From a candidate division FCPU426 bacterium (GTDB lineage Bacteria > Oederibacteriota > PGYV01 > Palsa-1178), in contig CAWIXE010000002.1 in the NCBI GenBank assembly GCA_963840035.1, forward strand, positions 736,001 through 800,000: 64,000 bases of DNA, read 5' to 3'. A program made the position numbers and the translations under genes. This document shows, piece after piece, positions 20,374 to 30,496 of this stretch (position 1 is the stretch's first letter; every line of letters starts with the position of its first letter). The notes below the pieces were generated by a model that ran no database searches, was not told the DNA's origin, and saw only the letters and a program-made list of their open reading frames with translations.

Positions 20374-21531
20374 ATGACTAATATAATAATAGCCGCAGAT
20401 AACAGCACATTAAATGATGCTATAAAACTTTCGGAAGATGTTTTCAAGTCAAAATTCATGTCCGGGCTCACCCTAAAAGAAGACGGGTTTAAACCTTCCA
20501 ATGTCAGGCTGTTATATCATGGGGCAAAACTTGCCAGTTCAATCACCGTGATACCGCGTGAAATGTACTTTGACGGCGTGTTCATGCCTTTAGCCGGTAT
20601 AGGCGGTGTGGCAACCTCTCCAGAGTGCAGAGGAAAGGGATACGCCAACTCGCTCATGAAAGACGCCATAAAGTATATGGCGGAGGAAGGATATGGGCTT
20701 TCTGTCCTGTATCCTTTTAAGGCGGATTATTACGCGCGTTTTGGCTACAGGGAAATACTCACCCCGCACAAAATAATCAATAAAGAAATGGCGGCTGATC
20801 CCGGGGAATATGTCATAAAGAATGTTTCCGCGAGGGATTTCGCCGCTTTAAATAATATTTATGAGCGTTTTTCAGCGGGAAAAACCGGTATGGTAAGAAG
20901 GAACCTTAATTACTGGAGAAATACGACAGGCTTCAGAAAAGGGGAGTACCGGATAACAGGCGCATTTTATAAAAACAAGCTGTCTGCGTATGCCGTGATA
21001 AGCCCGCTACAGAAGGCCTGGACCGAAAATCCCTGCGCAATGAAGTTAATCGAGTTTGGATGCCTCTTTGGCCATGAATCCGCGTCAAAAGCCCTGTTAA
21101 ACGCCGCGCTCACAGCCGCCCGCGAAAATGGATTTAACGCGATTTTTTATGATGATTGCCGGGCTATGGAAGCGTTCCCGGGAAGAAAGCCTGACGCCGC
21201 GCAGACAAAACAATATAAGAATTTAAAGCAGATAAAAATGTTCAGGATATGCAATTTTAAAGTTTTTATGAAGATACTCTCGGAACTTTTTGCCGGCAGA
21301 ATGAGAAAAGCCGGGGCAAAAGGCGCCTGGAATGATTATCTTGCAATATCCCGTGATGTAAGAGAACTGCAGCCTGTTGTTACTGTGAGGCTGATTAAGG
21401 AAAAGAAAATAATGCGGTTTGATGAGGGTGATTTCCTGAAATTGGCGCTGGGTTATAAAGCGGGCAAGGGTGTATTAAAATTTTTTTTCCCGGCTTTAAG
21501 GCCTGTGTTTTGGGATTTTGATTACCTGTAA
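20374..21531 (+). CDS. Eis-like GNAT N-acetyltransferase
   Basis: GIGGVATSPECRGKGYA and LYPF..DYYARFGY motifs. Confidence 0.85.
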   Translation: MTNIIIAADNSTLNDAIKLSEDVFKSKFMSGLTLKEDGFKPSNVRLLYHGAKLASSITVIPREMYFDGVFMPLAGIGGVATSPECRGKGYANSLMKDAIKYMAEEGYGLSVLYPFKADYYARFGYREILTPHKIINKEMAADPGEYVIKNVSARDFAALNNIYERFSAGKTGMVRRNLNYWRNTTGFRKGEYRITGAFYKNKLSAYAVISPLQKAWTENPCAMKLIEFGCLFGHESASKALLNAALTAARENGFNAIFYDDCRAMEAFPGRKPDAAQTKQYKNLKQIKMFRICNFKVFMKILSELFAGRMRKAGAKGAWNDYLAISRDVRELQPVVTVRLIKEKKIMRFDEGDFLKLALGYKAGKGVLKFFFPALRPVFWDFDYL

Positions 21532-21593
21532 TGGTTTTACCGCAACTTTTGCCATATAACATTGTCATATTATAAACTAAAACAGGGGGACTT

Positions 21594-22460
21594 ATGGTTA
21601 AAAAATTGCTAATTTTGGTTTCTGTAGCGTTGATAAGTATTTCATGTTCCAAACAAAATCCGGCATCGCCGAATGTCTGGGAAGCCGGGGCGCTGAATAC
21701 GGCTGCGCCGTCAACTGTCACGAAACTTGTCTTCATCCACCACTCGGTGGGCGGATATCTAATGGCCACCGGCAACGGAAATATGGGCGCAGGGCTAAAT
21801 ACCAATAACTACTATGTCTCAGAAACCAATTATGGGTGGAGTGCGCCTCTTGATACCGGCTGTACCGGGCTGGCGCCTATCGGCTCCAATACAAATACAG
21901 GCGACTGGCTATGCTGGTTTAATGACACTACCATGCCTACTGTATACGCTAACACTTCACATTCTGATTATCCGTCAAACACCATGTCTGACCCGGGCGG
22001 TTCAAACGCCGTTATTATGTTCAAGTCGTGTTATCCCAACAGTGAAGTTGACACTTCAATTGATGATGAAAAAGCCATATACAATTCGATGCTGACATAC
22101 TTCGCGGCGCATCAGGATAAGATGTTTGTATTGCTGATACCGCCGCCGGAAATAATTATAAGCAGCGCCGCTTTGACCAGGGAGCTGTCAAACTGGCTTG
22201 CGAACAGGGAAACAGGCTGGCTATCGGCTTACGGCCACAATAATGTCTACACTTTTGACCTGTATAATGTATTAACACACCCGGATAACCATCACTGGGT
22301 TAAAAATGGAAAAGAAGAGCACATAGTAGCAAACAGCCAGAATACGTTGTATTATTATTCCGGTTCGGACGACCATCCGACAAGCGCCGGCACCCAAAAG
22401 GCCACGGCCGAGTTCCTGCCGCTTTTAAACGGCTGGTACAATAAGTGGAAAGGTATTTAA
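21594..22460 (+). CDS. Lipoprotein, possible SGNH-like hydrolase
   Basis: Lipobox ISISC; FIHHSVG, MFKSCYP, DDHP motifs. Confidence 0.65.
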   Translation: MVKKLLILVSVALISISCSKQNPASPNVWEAGALNTAAPSTVTKLVFIHHSVGGYLMATGNGNMGAGLNTNNYYVSETNYGWSAPLDTGCTGLAPIGSNTNTGDWLCWFNDTTMPTVYANTSHSDYPSNTMSDPGGSNAVIMFKSCYPNSEVDTSIDDEKAIYNSMLTYFAAHQDKMFVLLIPPPEIIISSAALTRELSNWLANRETGWLSAYGHNNVYTFDLYNVLTHPDNHHWVKNGKEEHIVANSQNTLYYYSGSDDHPTSAGTQKATAEFLPLLNGWYNKWKGI

Positions 22461-22547
22461 ATACAATTTACGATTAATAATTAAATGAAAAATGTCTTTT
22501 AATGGCAAGTTGTAAATAGTATATTTTCATCTTACTACCCCAATATA

Positions 22548-22593
22548 TTGACTAAATTGGACATTTCTGTTATAGTCAGGTAAACGTGAACCT
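22548..22593 (+). promoter_or_regulatory. sigma70 promoter plus candidate LacI-type operator
   Basis: TTGACT-17 bp-TATAGT with TG extension. Immediately followed by the imperfect CG-centred palindrome AGGTAAACGTGAACCT (22578-22593). Confidence 0.6.
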
Positions 22594-22620
22594 AAATATA
22601 TTTATCTGAACGGGGAATAT

Positions 22621-23607
22621 GTGAAAAGGACAACAATCAAGGATGTAGCGAAAAAAGCCGGTGTAACACATGTGACGGTTTCCAAAGTGATTAACAATAA
22701 AGGCAGCATAAGCGAAAAGACGAAAAAACGTATATTTGAAGCCATTGAAAAACTGGATTATCATCCAAATTCAGCCGCCCGAAACCTTGTAAAAGGCTCC
22801 ACTAACAACATCGCTGTCATAGAGCCCGGGTTTACCGGATTTCCGGCCACCATAATAGCCGGGGCCCAGGAGGCAAACTGTTCTTCGGTATATGACCTTA
22901 ATCTTTATTCCTCGCGCGCGACAGGCGAGGGCGCGGTCAATATTTTCAGGAAGATCCTCAATGAAAAAAACGCGGACGCGGTAATAGTCATATCCATCGG
23001 CATTGATGATTCAATTCTTGCAGAATACAAAAAGTCAGCCATTCCGGTAATACTCATAGAGACCGAATCCAAAGGCGCCAGTTCAATACTGGCGGATAAT
23101 GAAAGAGGCGCTTTTATCGCGACTGATTTCCTGCTTAAAAAAGGCAGGAGAAAAATAGGCTTAATAGCCGGGGACCTGAAAAACACCAGGCCGCAGATTG
23201 AAAGGTACAGGGGTTATGTAAATGCACTTAAGGCGGCGGGGCTTGAACCGGATAAAGACCTTATATTTAAAACTGCAAGTTATCTTTACAATGACGGCAA
23301 AGAAGCTTTTCATCAGCTGCGCAGCAAAGGCGCTGACGCCATATTTTCAATAGCCGGAGATATACTGGCTTTCGGGGCTGTCGACGCGGCCAAGAAATCA
23401 GGGCTGAATTTACCGGGTGATTTTTCCATAATCGGGTTTGACGATGAGTTTATGTCCGAGAACCTGGAACTGACCACTGTAAAACAGCCAATCCACGAAA
23501 TGGGCAAGAAGGCATATGAGCTTGCCGCGCTCTCGGCCGGCAACAAGAAAAGGGAGCCTGAAACCATTGTTTTTCCCACGGAACTTATCGTAAGAGGCAC
23601 GGCATAA
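22621..23607 (+). CDS. LacI family transcriptional regulator
   Basis: TIKDVAKKAGVTHVTVSKVIN HTH; SIIGFDD, LTTVKQP, LIVRGT. Confidence 0.95.
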   Translation: MKRTTIKDVAKKAGVTHVTVSKVINNKGSISEKTKKRIFEAIEKLDYHPNSAARNLVKGSTNNIAVIEPGFTGFPATIIAGAQEANCSSVYDLNLYSSRATGEGAVNIFRKILNEKNADAVIVISIGIDDSILAEYKKSAIPVILIETESKGASSILADNERGAFIATDFLLKKGRRKIGLIAGDLKNTRPQIERYRGYVNALKAAGLEPDKDLIFKTASYLYNDGKEAFHQLRSKGADAIFSIAGDILAFGAVDAAKKSGLNLPGDFSIIGFDDEFMSENLELTTVKQPIHEMGKKAYELAALSAGNKKREPETIVFPTELIVRGTA

Positions 23608-23634
23608 AACAAAAACACTCTTCACATAATCAAC

Positions 23635-23663
23635 TTGCATAATTATTTATTTTAGCGTATAAA
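23635..23663 (+). promoter_or_regulatory. sigma70 promoter of the GH44-GH74-GH1 operon
   Basis: TTGCAT-17 bp-TATAAA. Confidence 0.55.
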
Positions 23664-23729
23664 TTAAGGATAATAAGAAACTTTATCTGTTTTGGATTGT
23701 CGAAATAGCATACCAAATGGTGAGGCTAT

Positions 23730-26700
23730 ATGAGAATAAAAGCGGCGGTATTTTTCGAAATCCTTTTGTTAATCTTATTATATAACCTTGCCCATTCCGC
23801 AACCATTACCATTGATGTAACTCAGGAGCGGGCGGCCATATCTCCGCACATATATGGATGCAATATCGCCGGTGATGCCGATAATTCCGCGGAACTAAAC
23901 CTGGCTGGCGACATAAACTGGTCCGCCCGCAGGCAGGGAGGCAACAGATATTCCGCGTATAACTGGGAGATAAATGCCAGCAACGCGGGCGTTGATTACG
24001 GGCCCAACAGCAGCGACCCTTATCTTTGCCAGGCCTATGGTGTTACAGCCTGCGATACTCCCGGTGAAGTCTTAACCAGGTTTCATAACCAGTGCCTGGC
24101 AAGGGGGCAAAGCGACCTCGTTACTGTCCAGCTTGCAGGTTTTGCCGCCGCGGACAAGATATGGAACAATAACGTAACCTCGCCCGGCGTAACCGACTCC
24201 ACATCAGACAGGTTTAAAACCGTAATATCCAAAAAACCAAGCGGCGTATTTGCGCTAAATCCCGATACTTCTGATGAATACGTATACATGGACGAATATG
24301 TAAACTGGATGGTGAATAAGTTCGGCGGCGCCTTAAGCCCCACCGGCGTAAAAATGATATCACTCGACAATGAGCCGACGCTGTGGAAATCAACCCACCC
24401 CATGGTTCACCCTGCGCCTGTGACTTACCTTGAACTCAAGGATGAAAGCATAGCCCTCGCAAAGGCCATAAAGGATGTCGATCCCAACGTGGAGATTTTC
24501 GGCCCCGCTGATTTCGGATGGTCGGGTTTTGTCAATTTAAACAGCGCGGTTGACTCGGCTGCTCAGGGTTCGGGTTATACGGGAACATTTAATTTTCTCG
24601 CGTATTACCTGGATAAGTTCAGGGCCGCTTCGGCAACATATGGAAAAAGGCTTCTGGATGTCCTGGACGTGCACTGGTATCCTGAGGATATGGGCAATAG
24701 CTGCAGGATAGTATACAGCGGCTGCGCTGACCCTTCGACAAGTTCGGACGCGCGCATGCAGGCGCCAAGGTCGTTGTGGGATCCGACTTATAATACAACA
24801 GCATGGATACCAAATCCCGAACAGATGCTTGTCAAAGTGCAGTCGGTTATCGACGCGTATTACGCAGGCACAAAAATTGCGGTCACTGAATATGATTTTG
24901 GCGGGGGAGCTATATATTCCGGAGGCATAGCCCAGGCCGACGCGCTCGGGGTTTTTGGTAAATTCGGCGTTTACGCCGCGTACTGGTGGGATCTCCAGGA
25001 TACAACCGCAAATCCTTACACCCTGGCAGGCGTGAAGTTATACCGCAATTATGACGGCGCAAAATCCACATACGGCGACACTAAAGTAAAAGCAAATACA
25101 AGCGATGTGGCGAATGTGACAGTATACGCATCGCAATTTGCCTCTGATAATTCAAAACTTCATGTAATTTTGATAAATAAGAACGCTTCAGCCCAGGCGG
25201 CAAACATAACCATAGCAGGGCCATATCAGTTCGATTCCGCCAGGGTATGGGGATTTGACAGCGCTTCATCTAACATTACGGAAAGGGCGCAGATACCCTC
25301 CATAACAGGCAATGCTTTCACATATAACATCCCGCCTTACACGGCGATTCATATGGTTTTATCATCATCAATGCTCACCCCGACATATACGCCCACCATA
25401 AACCTGTCAAACACAAGGACGGCCACGCCGACAAATACACCGCTAATAACCTCGTTTTTGCTTGATGACTGCGAGGATGGCAATGGTAAGAATAACTGGA
25501 ACGGCGACTGGTACAACTATGTCAGCAACACATGCACCATTATCCCAGCTTCTTTCTCAATGACCGCGGGTGGCATGCCAGGGTCGTCTAATTACTGCGC
25601 GTCGATGGGCGGGAACATAGTGTCCGGCGGTTACGCCGGGACGGGGACAAATCTCGCTGCGGGTTCAAATGTGCCGGTCGACCTCACAGGTTACACAGGG
25701 GTTGAATTTTACGTAAAGGGGTCGGGCAGCTACTGGTTCCAGCTTACCCAGCCTGCCGGAGACCCTTACGGTAAGGGGTTTACCGCTACATCCACATGGA
25801 CTAAAGTAACGGTTAACTTTGCCTCTGACTTGACCCTGAGATACGGTTCAGGGACATTGACATTAAATTCAATAATCGCATTTCAATGGGCGAATAACGC
25901 CACCGGCGCCTTGGACGTGCAGATAGACGACATAAGACTATTAATGGCGGGAGCGCCATCATCCACAAATACCCCCAATACAACGCCTACATACACACAA
26001 ACCGCGACAAATACCGCCACCCGTACAGTCTCAACTACGCCTACTGGAACGCGGACTCCTACACAAACACAGACAATGACGCCGACTGCCAGCGTATCAG
26101 GAACGCCGTCACAGACAAAAACCGTGACAGCCACGCAAACGCCGTCGCTGACGGAAACGCCGGATGTTCCCGGCAGCACTAACACGCAGACATCGACTTT
26201 TACATCCACCCGCACGTCAACGAACACAAAGACATCCACCCCAACAAATACATTTACAAACACAGGGACTTCCACACCCGATATTTCATCTACGGCGACG
26301 CCTACCGCAACTGATTACGCCGGCTCGCCGACAGATACTCCGACTATTACACAAACACCCACGGACACCGTCTTTATAAGCCCGACAGATACTCCGGTAA
26401 ATACTATCACCGATACCCCGACGCCCGCAAATACAGCGACAGGGACGTGGACGCCTGCACCGAGCGCGACATTTACTCCTTCGCGCACAGTGTCAGTTAC
26501 ACCGACAGCGGTATTAAGCGCTACTAATACTCCGGCATTTACAGCTACCTTCACGCCGACAGATACGGCCCAGGTCAGCGGGACATATACGGCTACCGCA
26601 GAGGGGACGGCTACTTATACTGAAACCGCGGCACAACCGACAAACACCGCCTCACCTGAGGATACGGGAACCTCCACGCCGCTGCCCAGCGCGACAAATA

Positions 26701-27146
26701 CTCAACAGATACCCACCGGCACAAATACGCCGCAGCCGACTTTTACACAGACGCCTGTGCCTACCGCGACCAAGACAGCCACGCTTCAGCCGACAATGAC
26801 CCGTACTCCGGCTGCAACAGCGACTATTACCGCGACAGCCACCTGCGCGTGCACGCCGGCGGCAACACCCGCGGGGATTTATCCAAACCCGCTGAACCCT
26901 GAGAAATCAGACCTTTATATTTTGTTGAATATAGATAAACCCGGAAAGACGACGCTTAAGATTTATACTGACGGCTACAGGCTTGTGCGTATATTAGAAC
27001 TTGGCGACCTGCCTGAGGGCGTTTACTCAGGCATAATAGGAAGGGTTTATTTTAAGGCGCTGGCAAACGGAATATATTATTACACTGTGCAGAATGAAAA
27101 ATCGCGGGATAAGATAAAACCCGGAAAATTGATGATTATCAGATGA
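23730..27146 (+). CDS. GH44 endoglucanase/xyloglucanase + CBM11/CIA30-like module + long Thr-rich linker + T9SS-type-A-like CTD
   Basis: Signal peptide; RQGGNR..YNWE.NASNAG.D, LDNEP (acid/base), DVHWYPE, VTEY (nucleophile); LLDDCEDG...IDDIRL module; YPNP CTD. Confidence 0.9.
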   Translation: MRIKAAVFFEILLLILLYNLAHSATITIDVTQERAAISPHIYGCNIAGDADNSAELNLAGDINWSARRQGGNRYSAYNWEINASNAGVDYGPNSSDPYLCQAYGVTACDTPGEVLTRFHNQCLARGQSDLVTVQLAGFAAADKIWNNNVTSPGVTDSTSDRFKTVISKKPSGVFALNPDTSDEYVYMDEYVNWMVNKFGGALSPTGVKMISLDNEPTLWKSTHPMVHPAPVTYLELKDESIALAKAIKDVDPNVEIFGPADFGWSGFVNLNSAVDSAAQGSGYTGTFNFLAYYLDKFRAASATYGKRLLDVLDVHWYPEDMGNSCRIVYSGCADPSTSSDARMQAPRSLWDPTYNTTAWIPNPEQMLVKVQSVIDAYYAGTKIAVTEYDFGGGAIYSGGIAQADALGVFGKFGVYAAYWWDLQDTTANPYTLAGVKLYRNYDGAKSTYGDTKVKANTSDVANVTVYASQFASDNSKLHVILINKNASAQAANITIAGPYQFDSARVWGFDSASSNITERAQIPSITGNAFTYNIPPYTAIHMVLSSSMLTPTYTPTINLSNTRTATPTNTPLITSFLLDDCEDGNGKNNWNGDWYNYVSNTCTIIPASFSMTAGGMPGSSNYCASMGGNIVSGGYAGTGTNLAAGSNVPVDLTGYTGVEFYVKGSGSYWFQLTQPAGDPYGKGFTATSTWTKVTVNFASDLTLRYGSGTLTLNSIIAFQWANNATGALDVQIDDIRLLMAGAPSSTNTPNTTPTYTQTATNTATRTVSTTPTGTRTPTQTQTMTPTASVSGTPSQTKTVTATQTPSLTETPDVPGSTNTQTSTFTSTRTSTNTKTSTPTNTFTNTGTSTPDISSTATPTATDYAGSPTDTPTITQTPTDTVFISPTDTPVNTITDTPTPANTATGTWTPAPSATFTPSRTVSVTPTAVLSATNTPAFTATFTPTDTAQVSGTYTATAEGTATYTETAAQPTNTASPEDTGTSTPLPSATNTQQIPTGTNTPQPTFTQTPVPTATKTATLQPTMTRTPAATATITATATCACTPAATPAGIYPNPLNPEKSDLYILLNIDKPGKTTLKIYTDGYRLVRILELGDLPEGVYSGIIGRVYFKALANGIYYYTVQNEKSRDKIKPGKLMIIR

Positions 27147-30100
27147 AATCCATTACATCAGGCAAATCAATACTATTGTTTTTACTTTTGTTTTTTTCGG
27201 CATCCACGGTTACGGCCGCCTATAACTGGAAGTCTGTTATAGTGGGAGGAGGCGGGTTTGTCACTGGCATAATTCATCATCCGTCAGAGGCTGGCCTGAC
27301 ATACGCCAGGACCGATATGGGCGGTGCTTACAGATGGAATACAAGCCTTAATCAATGGGATGCAATAACCGATTTCCTTGACCGGACAAACACAGACTAC
27401 ATGGGAATTTTATCAATAGCCTTGGATCCAAGCAACACTGATAAGGTATATATGATGTGCGGAAAATATACCGCGTCATGGGCCGGCGCCGGCGCCATAC
27501 TTGTATCGAACGACAGGGGGACGACATGGGCCATAAACAAACTCGATGCATACGCGGTCAAAGTTGGCGGCAATGAAGACGGCAGGGGGGCGGGCGAGAG
27601 GCTTGCGGTTGACCCTAATAAGGGAAATATACTGTTTATGGGAACTACCAGGAACTGTCTCTGGAAAAGCATTGATAGCGGGGTTACCTGGGCGCGCGTG
27701 ACATCATTTGCCCCTAACGCCGTGACGCATACAACCGTTAATTTTGTCCTGTTTGACCCGACAACGGGCACGGCGGGAAATCCAACCAATAATATATATG
27801 TGAGCATAACCAATACTACAAATCCCGGAACGCTTCAGACCCTATACCGGTCAACTGATGCCGGAGCTACATGGAACCCTGTAGCAGGACAACCAGCGGG
27901 ACAGTGCCCTGTAAGGGCGGACATTTCAGGCAATAATATGTTTTTCGCGTACGCTAACCAGACCGGGCCCAATAACGCCGGGGCCGGGGCCGTATGGAGG
28001 TATAATAAATCAACCGGCGTATGGACCAATCTGAACGCCCCTGCAGGGCAGGGTGGATTCGGGGGAGTAAGCGTTGACGCGAACAATCCGAACCATATTT
28101 TAATATCAACCTTTGACCGCTGGTGGCCGTTCGACGAGGTATTTCGCACTACAAACGGAGGCACCACATGGACGCCTCTTTTGGCAACCGCTGTTTTTGA
28201 TTATTCATACGCCCCATGGTCGGCATCACGAAAACCTCACTGGATGCAGGACATTAAGATTGACCCTTTTGATTCAAATAAGGCTATGTTTGTCACCGGT
28301 TACGGTATCTGGGCCTGCGATAATTTAAGCGCGTCACCCACAACATGGTATTTTAAAAATAAGGTTCTTGAGGAAACCGTTCCGCTTGATATGATAAGCC
28401 CTCCGGCAGGCGGGCCGCTTTTGAGCGCCATGGGGGACCAGGGCGGATTTGTCCACAATACGCTTGATTCATCACCTGCGGCCGGTTTTTATTCTGATAA
28501 TGTTGGCACTACTCTTGGAATCGATTTTGCGGAAGCCGTACCCGCAAAAATAGTCAAAGCGGATGACAGCGGCGCCACGAAATATGGCGCGTATTCCGTG
28601 AACGGCGGTGTAAACTGGACTGCTTTTGGGTCGAATCCGGCCGGCGCGAACAGAGGCGGTTCAAAATCAATTGCAGTATCGCCGGACGGCGTAAATATAA
28701 TTTGGATGGCTTCCGGCGCGTATTTGTCATATTCAACCAATAACGGGACAAACTGGACGACATGCGCAGGAGGGCCCCCGCAGGACCGTTATATTATTTC
28801 TGACAGGGTGAATTCTAATAAGTTCTATTATTATGACGCTGTGGCGGGGACTTTATGGGTGTCTGTGAACAAAGGACAGACATTCGCCGCAGCTGCTTCC
28901 GGGCTTCCTGTACTTCCGGGCTGGGGTTACGGGGACGGCACCATAGCTTCGCCTTTTGGCATTGAAGGGCATGTATGGATTACAACCGGCGCCGGAGGAC
29001 TATACAGGTCCACTGACAGCGGCGCGACTGCGGCAAAAGTCGGCACTGTCACCGAAGCTTACCGGATAGGATTTGGAAAGGCTGCAACCGGCTGGACTTA
29101 TCCGGCCATATATCTGCACGGAATTGTCGGAGGCGTGCTCGGAATATTCCGTTCTGATGACACTGCGGCTACATGGACCAGGATAAACACGAACGCAAAC
29201 CAGTACGGCGGCATACATACTGTAATAGGCGACCCGAACATATATGGCCGCTGCTATGTATCCGCTGAAGGACGCGGCGCGTTTTACGGGGAACCGGCAT
29301 TGGGTAATTCCCCGACATCCACGCCGACGAAAACACTGACTCGTACCGCGACACGTACTTCCACCGCGACAGGCACCGTTTCATCCAGCCAGACAGCGAC
29401 TTTTACCAAAACACACACACCCACCCTGACACAGACAAAATCCATGACAGCCACATATACATTCACTCAGTCCGTTACCGGGACGGCAACAAAAACACCA
29501 TCGCCTTCATTCACGGCTACGCGGACAGCTTCAGTGACATCAACCTGCACCAATACGCCGCTGGACTCAAGCACCGCGACAGCCAGCTTTACACCCACAT
29601 TATCCGTAACATACACAGCGACACGCACGGCCACCATTACCAAATCCTCCACGGCAACCGTGAGCGGCACAATCACTGGAACATTTACCATTACAACCAC
29701 AAACACACCGGGCAGCACGCCGACATTTACCGAAACCCCTTCAAAAACGCAGTCACAAACACCTTCTGTTTCTGCTACTATTTCAAGCACACCTACAGGC
29801 ACCGCGAGCATTACCGCTTCCTATACGGCCACGCCTGTTTCAACTGCCACGATAACCCTTACAGCTACATGCACAAAGACCGCGTCCCCGTCATTCACAG
29901 AAACTGAATTTGTAACTTTTACACAGACGCCTTCAGAGACTGATTATGCCGGCAGCCCCACATTTACCTGCACGGCCACTGAAACATCATCTACGACATG
30001 TACTTATACCTCTACAATGTCCTGTACGCTTACTAAAACAGCGGTTAATACATTTACCGCGACAAGGACTCAGTCTTATACGGCAACACGCACGGCCACC

Positions 30101-30496
30101 AGAACGGTTACCGGGACGCCCACACCGCAGCCCTCACAGTCCTTTACGCCTACAATAACGCCGACTGACGCCGTGCCTGCGGCGAAAGAACCAGTAACCG
30201 TGGAACTGGTCTGGCCAAACCCTGTAAACCCGGACATTTCAGGCCTTAATATCAGGTTGCTGCTCAGGGCCTGGTCAAAAGAAGTTACTTGTTCCATTTA
30301 CACAGTAAATTACAGGCTCGTCAGGCAGATTAGCTGGGGCAGCCTGCCAGGGGGAATATGCCTGCAGACAATATCTCATGACAATCTTAAGGGCATGTCG
30401 AACGGAATTTACTATTTCGTCGTAAAAAGCACAGGCTCAAACACCGGCAGCTCCAAAATCGGCCAGTTTGTGCTTATCGGGAAAGGAAATAAATAA
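27143..30496 (+). CDS. GH74 xyloglucanase + long Thr-rich linker + T9SS-type-A-like CTD
   Basis: GGGGFVTG, ARTDMGG and SAMGDQGG catalytic Asp motifs, GERLAVDP, BNR S.D.G.TW repeats; WPNP CTD. ATGA overlap with GH44. Confidence 0.92.
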   Translation: MKSITSGKSILLFLLLFFSASTVTAAYNWKSVIVGGGGFVTGIIHHPSEAGLTYARTDMGGAYRWNTSLNQWDAITDFLDRTNTDYMGILSIALDPSNTDKVYMMCGKYTASWAGAGAILVSNDRGTTWAINKLDAYAVKVGGNEDGRGAGERLAVDPNKGNILFMGTTRNCLWKSIDSGVTWARVTSFAPNAVTHTTVNFVLFDPTTGTAGNPTNNIYVSITNTTNPGTLQTLYRSTDAGATWNPVAGQPAGQCPVRADISGNNMFFAYANQTGPNNAGAGAVWRYNKSTGVWTNLNAPAGQGGFGGVSVDANNPNHILISTFDRWWPFDEVFRTTNGGTTWTPLLATAVFDYSYAPWSASRKPHWMQDIKIDPFDSNKAMFVTGYGIWACDNLSASPTTWYFKNKVLEETVPLDMISPPAGGPLLSAMGDQGGFVHNTLDSSPAAGFYSDNVGTTLGIDFAEAVPAKIVKADDSGATKYGAYSVNGGVNWTAFGSNPAGANRGGSKSIAVSPDGVNIIWMASGAYLSYSTNNGTNWTTCAGGPPQDRYIISDRVNSNKFYYYDAVAGTLWVSVNKGQTFAAAASGLPVLPGWGYGDGTIASPFGIEGHVWITTGAGGLYRSTDSGATAAKVGTVTEAYRIGFGKAATGWTYPAIYLHGIVGGVLGIFRSDDTAATWTRINTNANQYGGIHTVIGDPNIYGRCYVSAEGRGAFYGEPALGNSPTSTPTKTLTRTATRTSTATGTVSSSQTATFTKTHTPTLTQTKSMTATYTFTQSVTGTATKTPSPSFTATRTASVTSTCTNTPLDSSTATASFTPTLSVTYTATRTATITKSSTATVSGTITGTFTITTTNTPGSTPTFTETPSKTQSQTPSVSATISSTPTGTASITASYTATPVSTATITLTATCTKTASPSFTETEFVTFTQTPSETDYAGSPTFTCTATETSSTTCTYTSTMSCTLTKTAVNTFTATRTQSYTATRTATRTVTGTPTPQPSQSFTPTITPTDAVPAAKEPVTVELVWPNPVNPDISGLNIRLLLRAWSKEVTCSIYTVNYRLVRQISWGSLPGGICLQTISHDNLKGMSNGIYYFVVKSTGSNTGSSKIGQFVLIGKGNK

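Noticed and set aside
25883..30297. Val/Gly-rich minus-strand ORFs
   Set aside because: Antisense shadows of the ACN-rich Thr linkers of GH44 and GH74.
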